Shown here: one piece after another, positions 44,727 to 54,018 of the stretch | Position numbering within the stretch: the stretch's first letter is position 1 | Layout of the letters: each line of letters begins with the position of its first letter | NCBI GenBank assembly: GCA_964449955.1 | Contig: CAYVBS010000002.1 | Location: 1 to 55,160, forward strand | Reading direction: 5' to 3' | Source: an uncultured Candidatus Saccharibacteria bacterium | GTDB taxonomy: Bacteria > Patescibacteriota > Dojkabacteria > SC72 | Length of the DNA: 55,160 nucleotides | Position numbers and translations under genes: made by a program | Notes under the pieces: generated by a model | Told to the model about the DNA's origin: nothing | What the model saw: only the letters and a program-made list of their open reading frames with translations | Database searches by the model: none

Positions 44727-46703
44727 CTAGTTTATCTTGATTCCTTCTAGTTTTAGTCCTTCTAGTTGTAATGATCCAAGATTATCTGTAAAGGTCGCAG
44801 TTTGAGACCATTCGCTAACAAGGTCATCTGTATCCCAGAATCGTATTCTCCAATAATATGAATTTCCACTATTAGTCATTGGTAAACCTGCATATGTTAT
44901 ATCTGGAGTTCTTGCATTAATCGCCAATGAATCTATAGGCTGTTTACCACTGTCCCACATTACTGTTCCTGTAAAGGTAGAACTACTGTTTACTTCTATT
45001 TCGTAGTAGACAACGTTATCTAGATTTGGATCTCCAGAGTGAACTGCTGTGAACTGGAGAATGGGAGAGGGAAGTATCGCAGGATTAATGTGATTGTTTA
45101 TTCGCAAATCAATAGGGGGTGTTGGAGGACCTGACATTGTAAATTGTGCCACTTCAGCCCAGGGGCTTTCCAAATCTGTTTCGTCCCAAAACTTTATTCT
45201 CCAGTAGTACGTCATGCCAGGTGTTAAAGCTGATCCTGCGTACGTAATGTTGGGAGATCTTTCTCCGTCTTTAGTCCCTGCCATAGGTGATTTTCCAGAG
45301 TCCCATACGGTTGTTCCCGAGAAATCGAAAGCTGTATTAACTTGTATCTGGAAGTAGCTTGATGTAGGGAGTACTGTAACTTCGTAATATCCAATTAAAG
45401 AAGGGGAGAATTTTACATCGGTATCACAGTCGTTACTAGTATACCCGTAAACAGTGATCTTACCTTCTGCGGTTTCTTGTAGTACTTGATCAGCAGTTTT
45501 GGATGTGGGAGTGAAGTTAGTTGTATTAGAGGTTTGTTGTACACAGAAATCTTCTCCATCCACTCCGCTACATTCTGTTCCACCTAACCATATATCACTA
45601 ACTCCATAGTTATCTACTACATATCTGTATCCATCCGCTCCTGATATGGTTGGTGTAATGAGTTGTACGCTATCTCCTCGTGGTAGTCTTATCTGTGTAG
45701 GAGCATCCTCTTGTGTTGAGAGTGTATAGGTAGTATCTCCTACTTTCATTTGGACGCTTGTAGGTGCAGATGGTCCAGTTGTGTTGGTTTCTTCATAGTA
45801 GCAGTAAGCTGAAGAGCTAGTTACAGAGCAGGCATCTCCACAGCTGTTGGGATATGTGCAAGTTGGACGGTTAGTGGTCTCACATAAGGGTCCTGTTACT
45901 GTTGTTGTTTGTCCTGCTGGACAAGTATTGGGAGTACATGATCCATTACAGCTACTATCACAGTAGTATCCCGTACGTGTAGAAGAGTAGTATTTATCTC
46001 CTGAATAGCTTGAACACCTGTTTACCCAGTGCTTTGCCTCTATTCTACCAGTGGAAGAAGGAGTTAAACTTCGTTCTTTGGTTGTACCATCATATGAAAG
46101 TATTTCTGTACCACTAGAATATGCATTGTATGCCTTATACCAGTATCCGCCATTAGAGGGAGCTGTGGTTGTATATGTAGTTACTGCTCCTCCTGCAGAG
46201 AAGTTTATCTTGGTAGGACTTCCAGAACTTGTAGAAAGAGTATATTCGGTTGTTCCGACTTTAATGTATGTAGTGCTTGGTGTTGAGGGGGCACCAGTAT
46301 ATACTGGTTGGTTCCAACAACTTCGAGTGGTTGTTCCACCACATGCATTGCCACAACTATCAACGTTAGTACAAGAGGTTGTTGTTCCTATACCACACCC
46401 TGTGTCAGTAGTGGAATATTGTACTGGACAAGAAGGAGGAGTACAGCCACAACCAGTACATACCTCGCAGGTACACCATCCGGTACCTCCTAAACAGGAG
46501 CATGATTTTACACATTGAGGGAGGCATCTAGCCCATGCGTTATCAAGACAGTATGGGAGAGTACCTGGAGCGCCACATGGACTTCCTGAATCTATACATC
46601 CTGCAGGGCAGCTAGCAAAAACAGAACTTGTAAGTATTGCAGAAGATATTGTTACTAGTGCTATTCCTATTGCTATTATTGTTCTTTTAGTTAATCTTTT
46701 CAT
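44727..46703 (-). CDS. large secreted protein: Cys-rich modules + FN3-like (rhamnosidase-N-like) repeats
   Basis: 658 aa. Signal peptide. Two Cys-dense modules, each followed by a (K/M)VG.T.YTLST segment. Two C-terminal repeats ...F(S/T)GT..WDSGK...P(N/D)ITYAG...YYWRI(K/R)FWD... Confidence 0.6.
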   Translation of the reverse strand: MKRLTKRTIIAIGIALVTISSAILTSSVFASCPAGCIDSGSPCGAPGTLPYCLDNAWARCLPQCVKSCSCLGGTGWCTCEVCTGCGCTPPSCPVQYSTTDTGCGIGTTTSCTNVDSCGNACGGTTTRSCWNQPVYTGAPSTPSTTYIKVGTTEYTLSTSSGSPTKINFSAGGAVTTYTTTAPSNGGYWYKAYNAYSSGTEILSYDGTTKERSLTPSSTGRIEAKHWVNRCSSYSGDKYYSSTRTGYYCDSSCNGSCTPNTCPAGQTTTVTGPLCETTNRPTCTYPNSCGDACSVTSSSAYCYYEETNTTGPSAPTSVQMKVGDTTYTLSTQEDAPTQIRLPRGDSVQLITPTISGADGYRYVVDNYGVSDIWLGGTECSGVDGEDFCVQQTSNTTNFTPTSKTADQVLQETAEGKITVYGYTSNDCDTDVKFSPSLIGYYEVTVLPTSSYFQIQVNTAFDFSGTTVWDSGKSPMAGTKDGERSPNITYAGSALTPGMTYYWRIKFWDETDLESPWAEVAQFTMSGPPTPPIDLRINNHINPAILPSPILQFTAVHSGDPNLDNVVYYEIEVNSSSTFTGTVMWDSGKQPIDSLAINARTPDITYAGLPMTNSGNSYYWRIRFWDTDDLVSEWSQTATFTDNLGSLQLEGLKLEGIKIN

Positions 46704-48598
46704 TATAGATCTGCGTCTGGGTCATTAAATATTGCTGTAAAAGAGGGTGTTGCTGGATATACTTTGATAGGATTTACCTGACCTTCTGTTTGTAATTCTG
46801 TAGGAGCTTCTGGGGGGGTTGCCATTGTAAAGTGTGCTGTTGCAGACCATACTCCCTCTGCGTCATCCTGGTCCCAGAACTTTATCCTCCAGTAATAAGT
46901 GGTACCATTGAAAGTAAGTGCTGTTCCAGCATATGAAATGTCTGGACTTCTTGTTCCGGACGTTAAGGGGGTGATGGCAGTTTTACCACTATCCCATATT
47001 ACAGTACCAGTAAAATCAGAAGCGGTGTTAACCTGTATTTGATAGTTAAGTGCGGTATCACCCGTGTCTGGGTCGTTGTATATTGCACTAAATTCTGGAG
47101 TGGTATCTGTTAGATTAAATGGATCTATTAAACCCTCTGTAAGGGGAGAAGTTGGAGATAGTGGAGCTTGATTATATATTTCTTCTGTACCAGTCAAAGA
47201 TGTAGAAACAGAAGATTTTCTTTGTATAAAAAGAGTTGTAAGTCTCGGGGGTTCATGATTTGCGGAGGCTGATGTAAAAGTAACTGTATGACCGTGTGCA
47301 TAGTGAGTTACGTTACTTCCTCCAGGTTCTGGATTATTATTCCCACCGACATTTACATTAGGAGAAGTGACTGTTACTGAATGTGTGTGGGTAGTTGTTC
47401 CTCCTGTACTTCCAGAGGAAGAATATCCTCTTGGAATTCTCCCATCAAGATTGGTATATCTATTCCATCCAAGAGGTGGTTGGGCTGTTGCCATTGTTAT
47501 CATAGATGCCAAACCTACCATATTAGAATTTGCCTGCCCAAAGATCATATTTCTGTATGGAGGGGTATTGTTTGCAGTGCCTACTGAAGATCCCGTAAAA
47601 TCTATGTGTGCGTGATCTCCACGCGAAGCATATGCTGCTCTTCCAATACAGTTTGCATAGTCGTACATCTTTCCAGCACCACCAAGACTTGAGGAGAGTC
47701 CACTTAGCGAATGATTGTGAGTAGTCGATCCTCCAGTAGAACCGTATGAGGAAGCTCCTCTTGGCATTCTACTGTCAAAAGCAGTATTGCGAGTCCAATT
47801 AGAAGCTGGTAATGAATCATATAGTGCTATTTGTCCAGATATAATGTCTAAGTTGCTTTTAGAGCAAAAGTACGTATTGGTGTATGGAGGCCATATAGTA
47901 GAACTTGCTACTGTGCCTGAGAATGTGTGTGTATGACTTAATTGATTTAGAGAGGTGCTTCCGCAATCCTGATCTGAACAGCCATAACCTCTTGTGGCTC
48001 CCCCAGTAGTTTTGGAGAATGTCCCATGACCATGCGAGGATGATCCTCCAGTTGTACCATATGAGCTAGAACCATATGGAAAGCGACTATCAAAAGAAGT
48101 ATTTCTTGTCCATCCACTAGCACAACTAGTGCTAGACATTAGTATGAAGTTTCCGCTCCATGCCATCTGTCCCTTTGCTGCAGATGGATTACCATAATAC
48201 ATATATATTGTCTTACCACCACTAGGTAGTGATGGAATTCTTACCCAAACTTGTGTATTAGATGTATTACAACTACTCTCTATCCAATAGCTAAGTGTAG
48301 TTGAGTCATCACTATCCAGAAATCTTAGATCATCACAATCACTTTGAAGCTTACCTGCAGATATTAAAGAAGCTGTATCTACTGTCACTAAAACATCTGC
48401 ATTGCTTACGGTTGAACTAGGATTATTTACCTGTACAGCCCTTCTGTACATCCAGTTTGAATCATACCAAGCCCTTGTATCCTCCTGTCTACTAGCCCAG
48501 AGATAGTAAGCTGCAGGTATACCCACTATTAATACTAATGTAGATGCTATTACTATTGTTTTCTTAGAAATCTTCGGAAGCTTCTTGAACAGTTTCAT
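46703..48598 (-). CDS. large secreted protein: DUF2341 + His-rich tail-collar-like repeats + FN3-like repeat
   Basis: 631 aa. N-terminal TM/signal. WMYRRAVQV...DCDDLRFLDSD..LSYWIES...VWVRIPSLP...IYMYYGN (DUF2341 pattern). Repeats GW(T/N)R.T..D.R.P.G.SS.G.TGG...H.H. One full FN3-like repeat plus a truncated second one. The stop overlaps the next ATG (TAATG). Confidence 0.6.
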   Translation of the reverse strand: MKLFKKLPKISKKTIVIASTLVLIVGIPAAYYLWASRQEDTRAWYDSNWMYRRAVQVNNPSSTVSNADVLVTVDTASLISAGKLQSDCDDLRFLDSDDSTTLSYWIESSCNTSNTQVWVRIPSLPSGGKTIYMYYGNPSAAKGQMAWSGNFILMSSTSCASGWTRNTSFDSRFPYGSSSYGTTGGSSSHGHGTFSKTTGGATRGYGCSDQDCGSTSLNQLSHTHTFSGTVASSTIWPPYTNTYFCSKSNLDIISGQIALYDSLPASNWTRNTAFDSRMPRGASSYGSTGGSTTHNHSLSGLSSSLGGAGKMYDYANCIGRAAYASRGDHAHIDFTGSSVGTANNTPPYRNMIFGQANSNMVGLASMITMATAQPPLGWNRYTNLDGRIPRGYSSSGSTGGTTTHTHSVTVTSPNVNVGGNNNPEPGGSNVTHYAHGHTVTFTSASANHEPPRLTTLFIQRKSSVSTSLTGTEEIYNQAPLSPTSPLTEGLIDPFNLTDTTPEFSAIYNDPDTGDTALNYQIQVNTASDFTGTVIWDSGKTAITPLTSGTRSPDISYAGTALTFNGTTYYWRIKFWDQDDAEGVWSATAHFTMATPPEAPTELQTEGQVNPIKVYPATPSFTAIFNDPDADL

Positions 48599-48629
48599 TG
48601 GATAATAATAGCAGAAAATGAGAGTAAAG

Positions 48630-49085
48630 CTAACCTTCTTTAGTTACTTCATAGAGGATAATAGAAGCACAGTTTGCTACATTCAAAGACTCTTTTAAAC
48701 CTCTCATAGGAATATATATCTTTTTATCAGATCTATCTAAAACATCCCTACTAACTCCCCTTTTCTCATGACCAAATACAAAAGCAACCCTATTTGGGTA
48801 TTCAATCTTTTGAAAATGCTTTGCATCATCTGTTAGTTCTACTGAAAAAATAGGAATACCTTGCTCTTTTATCTCATCAATAGCTTCAATTGTTGTATCG
48901 TAGTGTTCAGAGGGAATCATTTCTGTTGCCCCTAGTGCAGTCTTATCAAGCTTTGGATTATCTATATCAGTTGTAATACCGCATAGATATATCTTCGCGA
49001 CACTACCAGCTCCATCTGCAGATCTAAATATACTGCCTACATTCAAAGCTGATCTTATATTATCAAGTACAATATGTATTTCCAT
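48630..49085 (-). CDS. SpoU/TrmH-family RNA 2'-O-methyltransferase (TrmL-sized)
   Basis: 151 aa. NVGSIFRSADGAG, FVFGHEKRGV, IPM.G..ESLNVANCASIILYE. Confidence 0.75.
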   Translation of the reverse strand: MEIHIVLDNIRSALNVGSIFRSADGAGSVAKIYLCGITTDIDNPKLDKTALGATEMIPSEHYDTTIEAIDEIKEQGIPIFSVELTDDAKHFQKIEYPNRVAFVFGHEKRGVSRDVLDRSDKKIYIPMRGLKESLNVANCASIILYEVTKEG

Positions 49086-51106
49086 TACTTAAACAATCTT
49101 TCTTTAATATTTTCTAACTGCGTATTATCCATTTTAACTATATCTTTTGCAACACCCCTAGCTTTTTTAAGCAGTGGTAAATCTGTGATAGAGGCTATCT
49201 TAAACACAGGAACCCCTGATTGTCTTAAACCGTATACCTCTCCAGGACCTCTTCTGTTTAGGTCATACTCTGCTACATCAAAACCAGATGGGTGTTTTGC
49301 GAAGTATTTTAATCTTTCAATGCTCTCTTCTTTGTCTTCATCACTCTCTCCTGCAATTACATAGCAGTAGGACTGTTTGTCACTACGTCCTACTCTTCCA
49401 CGTAATTGGTGTAGTTGTGCTAATCCAAATCTTTGTGCATCCTCTATGACCATTACAGTTGCATCAGGTATATCTATTCCTACCTCTATTACAGAGGTTG
49501 TTACTAGTACATTGAACTTTTTCTCTCTGAAGTCTTCTAGTATCTCATTTTTTTCTTTCTCTTTTAGTCTTCCATGCAGTAATGCGGTCTTGATCCCACT
49601 AAACTCGTTACTACTTAGATTTTCAAACTCAGTTTTTACAGCTTTAGCATCAAAGTTTTGTGATTCCTCTATTAATGGATATACAATAAAGGACTGCTCT
49701 TTGTATTTACTCTTTTTAATTCTCTCTGCAATCCATTTAAAGCAGTCATGTCTTTTGAAGTAAGGTACAAAGTGAGTCTCTATTTCTTTTCTACTCTTCG
49801 GTTTCTCTAATATTACTGTTACATCTACATTCCCAAATACGATTTCAGTTAAACTTCTTGGTATTGGGGTTGCAGTCATAGTTAGGTAGTGCGGTGTTGT
49901 ACTGTTTGAAGTAAGTAGCTGTTCTCTCTGCTCTACTCCGAATCTATGCTGTTCGTCTACAATAACGAGGTTGAGATTTTCAGGTATATCTTTCTTGTAA
50001 AGTACAGCGTGTGTACCAATTATCAATCTGTTTGGAGATTGACCTTTTGTTTTCTTACTAGATATCCACAGCTCAATATCAATATCAAAGGGTTTAAGTA
50101 GTTTAGAGAATGTTTCAAAGTGTTGTTGTGCTAATACTGTAGTTGGTGCTAATACAACTGCACTAAAGTTATTTCTAATTGCCTGTATTACAGCTAGGGC
50201 TGCAACAACTGTTTTACCACTACCTACATCTCCATTGAGTAGTCTGTTCATTGGTTTTGCTTTTGAAAGGTCTTGGAGTATCTCTTTTACAGCACTCTGT
50301 TGATCTTTTGTAAGTGTATATGGAAGGGATTTGAGAAATTCTTTTGTAAGTTCTCTGTCTTGCGGTACTGGTAGGGAGTTAAGTTTAGATCTAACCTCTA
50401 TATCTTTCTCAATATCTATTGCTATCCTAAGTATTTCATCAAAGGCAAGCCTATCTCTTGCTTGTACAATATCTTCTCGAGTGGATGGGAAGTGAATATT
50501 TCTTAATGCTTTGTAGAGTGGTAAGAGATTTTCTTTCTTAAGAACCTCTTTGGAGAGTGGGTCATCTATTATCTGTTTTATATTTGGTTTAATACTTAGT
50601 AATACCTGTCTTATCCATCTGGAATTAATACCTTCTGTTTCGTGATATATACCAATTATTTTTCCTAAGTGTTTCTGCTCTTTTATATCTCCTGCATACT
50701 TTTCATATTTTGGGTTTATTACACTTCTTGATCTAGCCTTCTCAGTTATCTTTCCATCAAATATGTACCACTCACCTACTTTCAGAGTTTTGGTTAGGTA
50801 ACTTTGGTTGAAGTATGTTAGATCAAGTTTATCTTTGTTGTCTATGATCTTAACTCTTGTTAGAACTTTTCGACTCTTTGTGTATACATTCTTTGTCTCT
50901 ACTATTTGACCAAGAAAGGTACCCTCTTGTACTGTTTTAAAGTCAGATATGCTGAGTAATTCGGAGGTATCTCTGTACCTGAAGGGAATGTGAAAGAGAA
51001 GATCTTTGACTGTAGAGATACCCAGTTTAAGTAATTTCTTTTCTTGATTAGGACCAACACCTTTTAGTTGGGATATTGGGCTTTCCAGAGTAAGATTACT
51101 GTGCAT
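49085..51106 (-). CDS. recG: ATP-dependent DNA helicase RecG
   Basis: 673 aa. Wedge/OB N-terminal domain, GDVGSGKT (Walker A), DEQHRFG, TATPIPR, QLHQLRGRVGR. Confidence 0.9.
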   Translation of the reverse strand: MHSNLTLESPISQLKGVGPNQEKKLLKLGISTVKDLLFHIPFRYRDTSELLSISDFKTVQEGTFLGQIVETKNVYTKSRKVLTRVKIIDNKDKLDLTYFNQSYLTKTLKVGEWYIFDGKITEKARSRSVINPKYEKYAGDIKEQKHLGKIIGIYHETEGINSRWIRQVLLSIKPNIKQIIDDPLSKEVLKKENLLPLYKALRNIHFPSTREDIVQARDRLAFDEILRIAIDIEKDIEVRSKLNSLPVPQDRELTKEFLKSLPYTLTKDQQSAVKEILQDLSKAKPMNRLLNGDVGSGKTVVAALAVIQAIRNNFSAVVLAPTTVLAQQHFETFSKLLKPFDIDIELWISSKKTKGQSPNRLIIGTHAVLYKKDIPENLNLVIVDEQHRFGVEQREQLLTSNSTTPHYLTMTATPIPRSLTEIVFGNVDVTVILEKPKSRKEIETHFVPYFKRHDCFKWIAERIKKSKYKEQSFIVYPLIEESQNFDAKAVKTEFENLSSNEFSGIKTALLHGRLKEKEKNEILEDFREKKFNVLVTTSVIEVGIDIPDATVMVIEDAQRFGLAQLHQLRGRVGRSDKQSYCYVIAGESDEDKEESIERLKYFAKHPSGFDVAEYDLNRRGPGEVYGLRQSGVPVFKIASITDLPLLKKARGVAKDIVKMDNTQLENIKERLFK

Positions 51107-51107
51107 A

Positions 51108-51218
51108 TTACAAATTCAGCAAGGTTAGTATGATTGGTATTACCATACCTCCTATTAGTATTACTGCTACAAATATGCTTAAAAATTTTTTAAGAAAATC
51201 TTTGGTTTTCTGTTTCAT
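51108..51218 (-). CDS. small (36-aa) single-TM protein between the RSH gene and recG
   Basis: Below the ORF-track size cut-off. Hand translation: MKQKTKDFLKKFLSIFVAVILIGGMVIPIILTLLNL, stop TAA at 51110-51108, 1 nt before the recG ATG (51106). No obvious SD. Confidence 0.4.
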   Translation of the reverse strand: MKQKTKDFLKKFLSIFVAVILIGGMVIPIILTLLNL

Positions 51219-51237
51219 ATTGTGATTTTACAAGTAA

Positions 51238-52701
51238 CTACTGTTTTTTCCAAGCTCTTTGTATTTTGTACTGTGTACTAGAGGAGTTTGCATATTTAAG
51301 CCACTCTGGTTTTATGGAGGTTTTGTTTAACTGTGTTTTTATTTCGACAGTATCACCGGTTTGTACAGGGTAATCTAATTTAACAGGTTTACCATTTACT
51401 TTCGCACTTACCATACTGTATCCGATATCTGAGTGAACTCGGAATGCAAAGTCTACTACTGTATCTCCTTTGTCTAGTTGTATTATCTTCCCCTTGGGTG
51501 TGAATGCATATATATTTTCTTCAAATATACTTACATTCATTGGTATAGATATTTGATCTTCTCTCTGTGCAATATTTCTGTTTATCTGTTTGTGTACCTC
51601 TTCTACCCAATTGTACTTGTCTGTTGGTTTAGCGTATCTGCTTTTGCTCTCTTTGTATGCAATGTGTGAGGCAGGACCATAGGTGTTGTGGTAATACATA
51701 TCTGGAGTCATTATTTGTATTTCTACTACATTGTCAGAGATATCTTTAAATATTGCGGGACCTTGTAGTGCACTGTAGCCATTTGGTTTTGGATGAGTTA
51801 TGTAATCATCAAATTCACTTGTAATTATTTCTCCACAGTCTATTATTAGTTCCAATGCTTTAAAGCACTCATCTTCACTACTCACTATTATTCGAAATGC
51901 TAACAGGTCTCTAATGTAATCAAGGTTTAGATTTAGTCCCTCTTTAAGATGTTTTTTTAGTTTGTTGTATACACTGTATTTACTTTTAACTCTTCCATAT
52001 ATTCCTGGTTTACTACTAAGTTTGGAAAACAGCTTGTTAAAGTATGTAAGATATTTATCTTTGTATTCCTCAGTTAAATTCTTCTGATTCATTGCTTCTT
52101 CTATACGTTCGCAATCATCTCTTCGGTATATTTCAAAGGCTCTTTCTTCTAACTCCTTCTTTATATTATCCAGATTCAAATACTCTGCTAATGGAGCATA
52201 TATATGGAATATTTTCTGTAGTTTAGAGTTTAGTCTTTCAGAGGGCATGTATTCAATGGTTCTTACATTGTCCAGAGTATCTGCTAGTTTAATGAGTATT
52301 GGTCTTAGATCTTTGTTACTGTTTAGAATATATTTAGTAATTATTTCATACTCAGTATCTGTACTTGCAGTTGCCTTGTTTATCTCATTTGTCTTTTCAA
52401 TCAGCGACGCTATATCTTCGTTCAACTTCTCAGTAATTTCATTGAGTATCTGATCCTTGATCTGGGGTGAATTAGTTATACTGTTGTGTAGTAGTCCTCC
52501 TAGTATGGTAGCAGTTTCTACCTTCATCTGTGCTAGGGTTATAGCAGTGTTTAGTGCGTGAGTTATGAATGGATCTCCACTGTACCTTGTTTGGTCTTTA
52601 TGATATTTTTCTGCTAGCTCAATGCCTTCAAGTATTTCTTTCTTGAAGTTTGCTGGAGATTCCTGTATTAAATTTTGTTTAAGTTTTTCTATTTTTTCCA
52701 C
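51238..52701 (-). CDS. RelA/SpoT homologue (HD + synthetase + TGS, no ACT) with a degenerate hydrolase motif
   Basis: 487 aa. YSGDPFITHALNTA then LLHNSITNS (canonical LLHDvvEDT). Synthetase: GRVKSKYSVYNKL, DLLAFRIIV, NGYSALQG, VEIQIMT. C-terminal TGS (IYAFTPKGKIIQLDKGDTVVDFAF). Confidence 0.8.
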   Translation of the reverse strand: MEKIEKLKQNLIQESPANFKKEILEGIELAEKYHKDQTRYSGDPFITHALNTAITLAQMKVETATILGGLLHNSITNSPQIKDQILNEITEKLNEDIASLIEKTNEINKATASTDTEYEIITKYILNSNKDLRPILIKLADTLDNVRTIEYMPSERLNSKLQKIFHIYAPLAEYLNLDNIKKELEERAFEIYRRDDCERIEEAMNQKNLTEEYKDKYLTYFNKLFSKLSSKPGIYGRVKSKYSVYNKLKKHLKEGLNLNLDYIRDLLAFRIIVSSEDECFKALELIIDCGEIITSEFDDYITHPKPNGYSALQGPAIFKDISDNVVEIQIMTPDMYYHNTYGPASHIAYKESKSRYAKPTDKYNWVEEVHKQINRNIAQREDQISIPMNVSIFEENIYAFTPKGKIIQLDKGDTVVDFAFRVHSDIGYSMVSAKVNGKPVKLDYPVQTGDTVEIKTQLNKTSIKPEWLKYANSSSTQYKIQRAWKKQ

Positions 52702-52753
52702 CGTAACAAATTCCCCACATTAGGGGTTTAAAATTAAAAAATTTAATACCCCT

Positions 52754-53977
52754 TTATGATATATAGGTGATCTTGTGGAGTTGCTTTCCACATTTAATGG
52801 TCTTAGAAGCTTGTGATGTGAAAGAGATTACTTTTTCCCAATCTGTAATTCTTTCATCATCCACTTTAACGGCTCCCTGCTCTATTAATCTTCTAGCTTG
52901 GGATTTGCTTTCTGCAAATCCAAGTGTAAGTAGTAAATCTACAATTGGAATATTCTCAGTGTCTACTGTGGCTTCAGGTATTTCTACATTCATATCTCTC
53001 TTTTGAAAAACACTTTCAAAGAACTTCTGTGCTTCTACTGCCTCTTCCTCTCCTTTGAGCTCCCTAGTTATCTCAAAGGCCAATTCCTTCTTTAATTCTA
53101 TTGGATTCTCTCCTGCACTTAATCTTTTCTGTATCTCTTCTACTTCAGAAAGCTCTTTGTTTGTTAATATCTCAAACCCTATTACAATATGCTCGTCTGG
53201 GAATGCCATTACCTTGCCAAACATATCATTTGCACTATCTGCAAGTGTTATCATGTTTCCTTCGCTCTTTCCCATCTTCTTCCCATCTGCAGTAGAGAGA
53301 AGTTTTCCTGCTATCACAATCTTTTCCTTGTTGAGTTTACTCATTACTAGATCTCTTCCTGCAAGCATATTGAAAAGTTGATCATTTCCACCTACCTCTA
53401 CATCGATATCCATCATTACGGAGTCATATCCTTGCATCAATGGGTACAGGAATTCATTTAGATATATGGGTCTGTCTTCTTGAAGTCTTTTCTGGAACAT
53501 GCTTCTTTTTAGCATCTGTTGTACTGTAAATTGTGAAGCTAGTTCTATGATATCTGCAAAGTTAAGAGGTTCTAACCATTGGCTGTTGTAAAGAATTCTT
53601 ACTGGATTTTCTTTGTTAAAAATATCGATTACTTTTGAGGCCTGCTCTACATATATCTTAAGATTGTTCTCCACATCTTCTTTTGAGAGTTTCTTTCTTG
53701 CTGCTTCTTTGTCTGAAGGGTCCCCTATTCTTGCAGTAAAATCTCCGATGAGGAAGTTTACTTGATGGCCTAGCTTTCTAAAATCTTCTAACTTTCTCAT
53801 TCCTACTGTATGACCTATGTGTAGTGTAGGAGCTGTTGGATCAAATCCCTGGTAAATGTTTATTCTTTTTCCTGAAAGCAGTAATTCTCTAAGTGCATCT
53901 TTGGAAGGAAGTACCTGTTCTACTCCTTTGTTAAGAATTCTATCTATTATTTTGCTATCTGTAAGTATGTTTTCCAT
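52754..53977 (-). CDS. tyrS: tyrosyl-tRNA synthetase
   Basis: 407 aa. TAPTLHIGH (HIGH), KMGKS (KMSKS), C-terminal S4-like domain. Confidence 0.95.
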   Translation of the reverse strand: MENILTDSKIIDRILNKGVEQVLPSKDALRELLLSGKRINIYQGFDPTAPTLHIGHTVGMRKLEDFRKLGHQVNFLIGDFTARIGDPSDKEAARKKLSKEDVENNLKIYVEQASKVIDIFNKENPVRILYNSQWLEPLNFADIIELASQFTVQQMLKRSMFQKRLQEDRPIYLNEFLYPLMQGYDSVMMDIDVEVGGNDQLFNMLAGRDLVMSKLNKEKIVIAGKLLSTADGKKMGKSEGNMITLADSANDMFGKVMAFPDEHIVIGFEILTNKELSEVEEIQKRLSAGENPIELKKELAFEITRELKGEEEAVEAQKFFESVFQKRDMNVEIPEATVDTENIPIVDLLLTLGFAESKSQARRLIEQGAVKVDDERITDWEKVISFTSQASKTIKCGKQLHKITYIS

Positions 53978-54018
53978 TAATCACTGTATTATATATTCTC
54001 CCCTCACTTTTTACAAAG

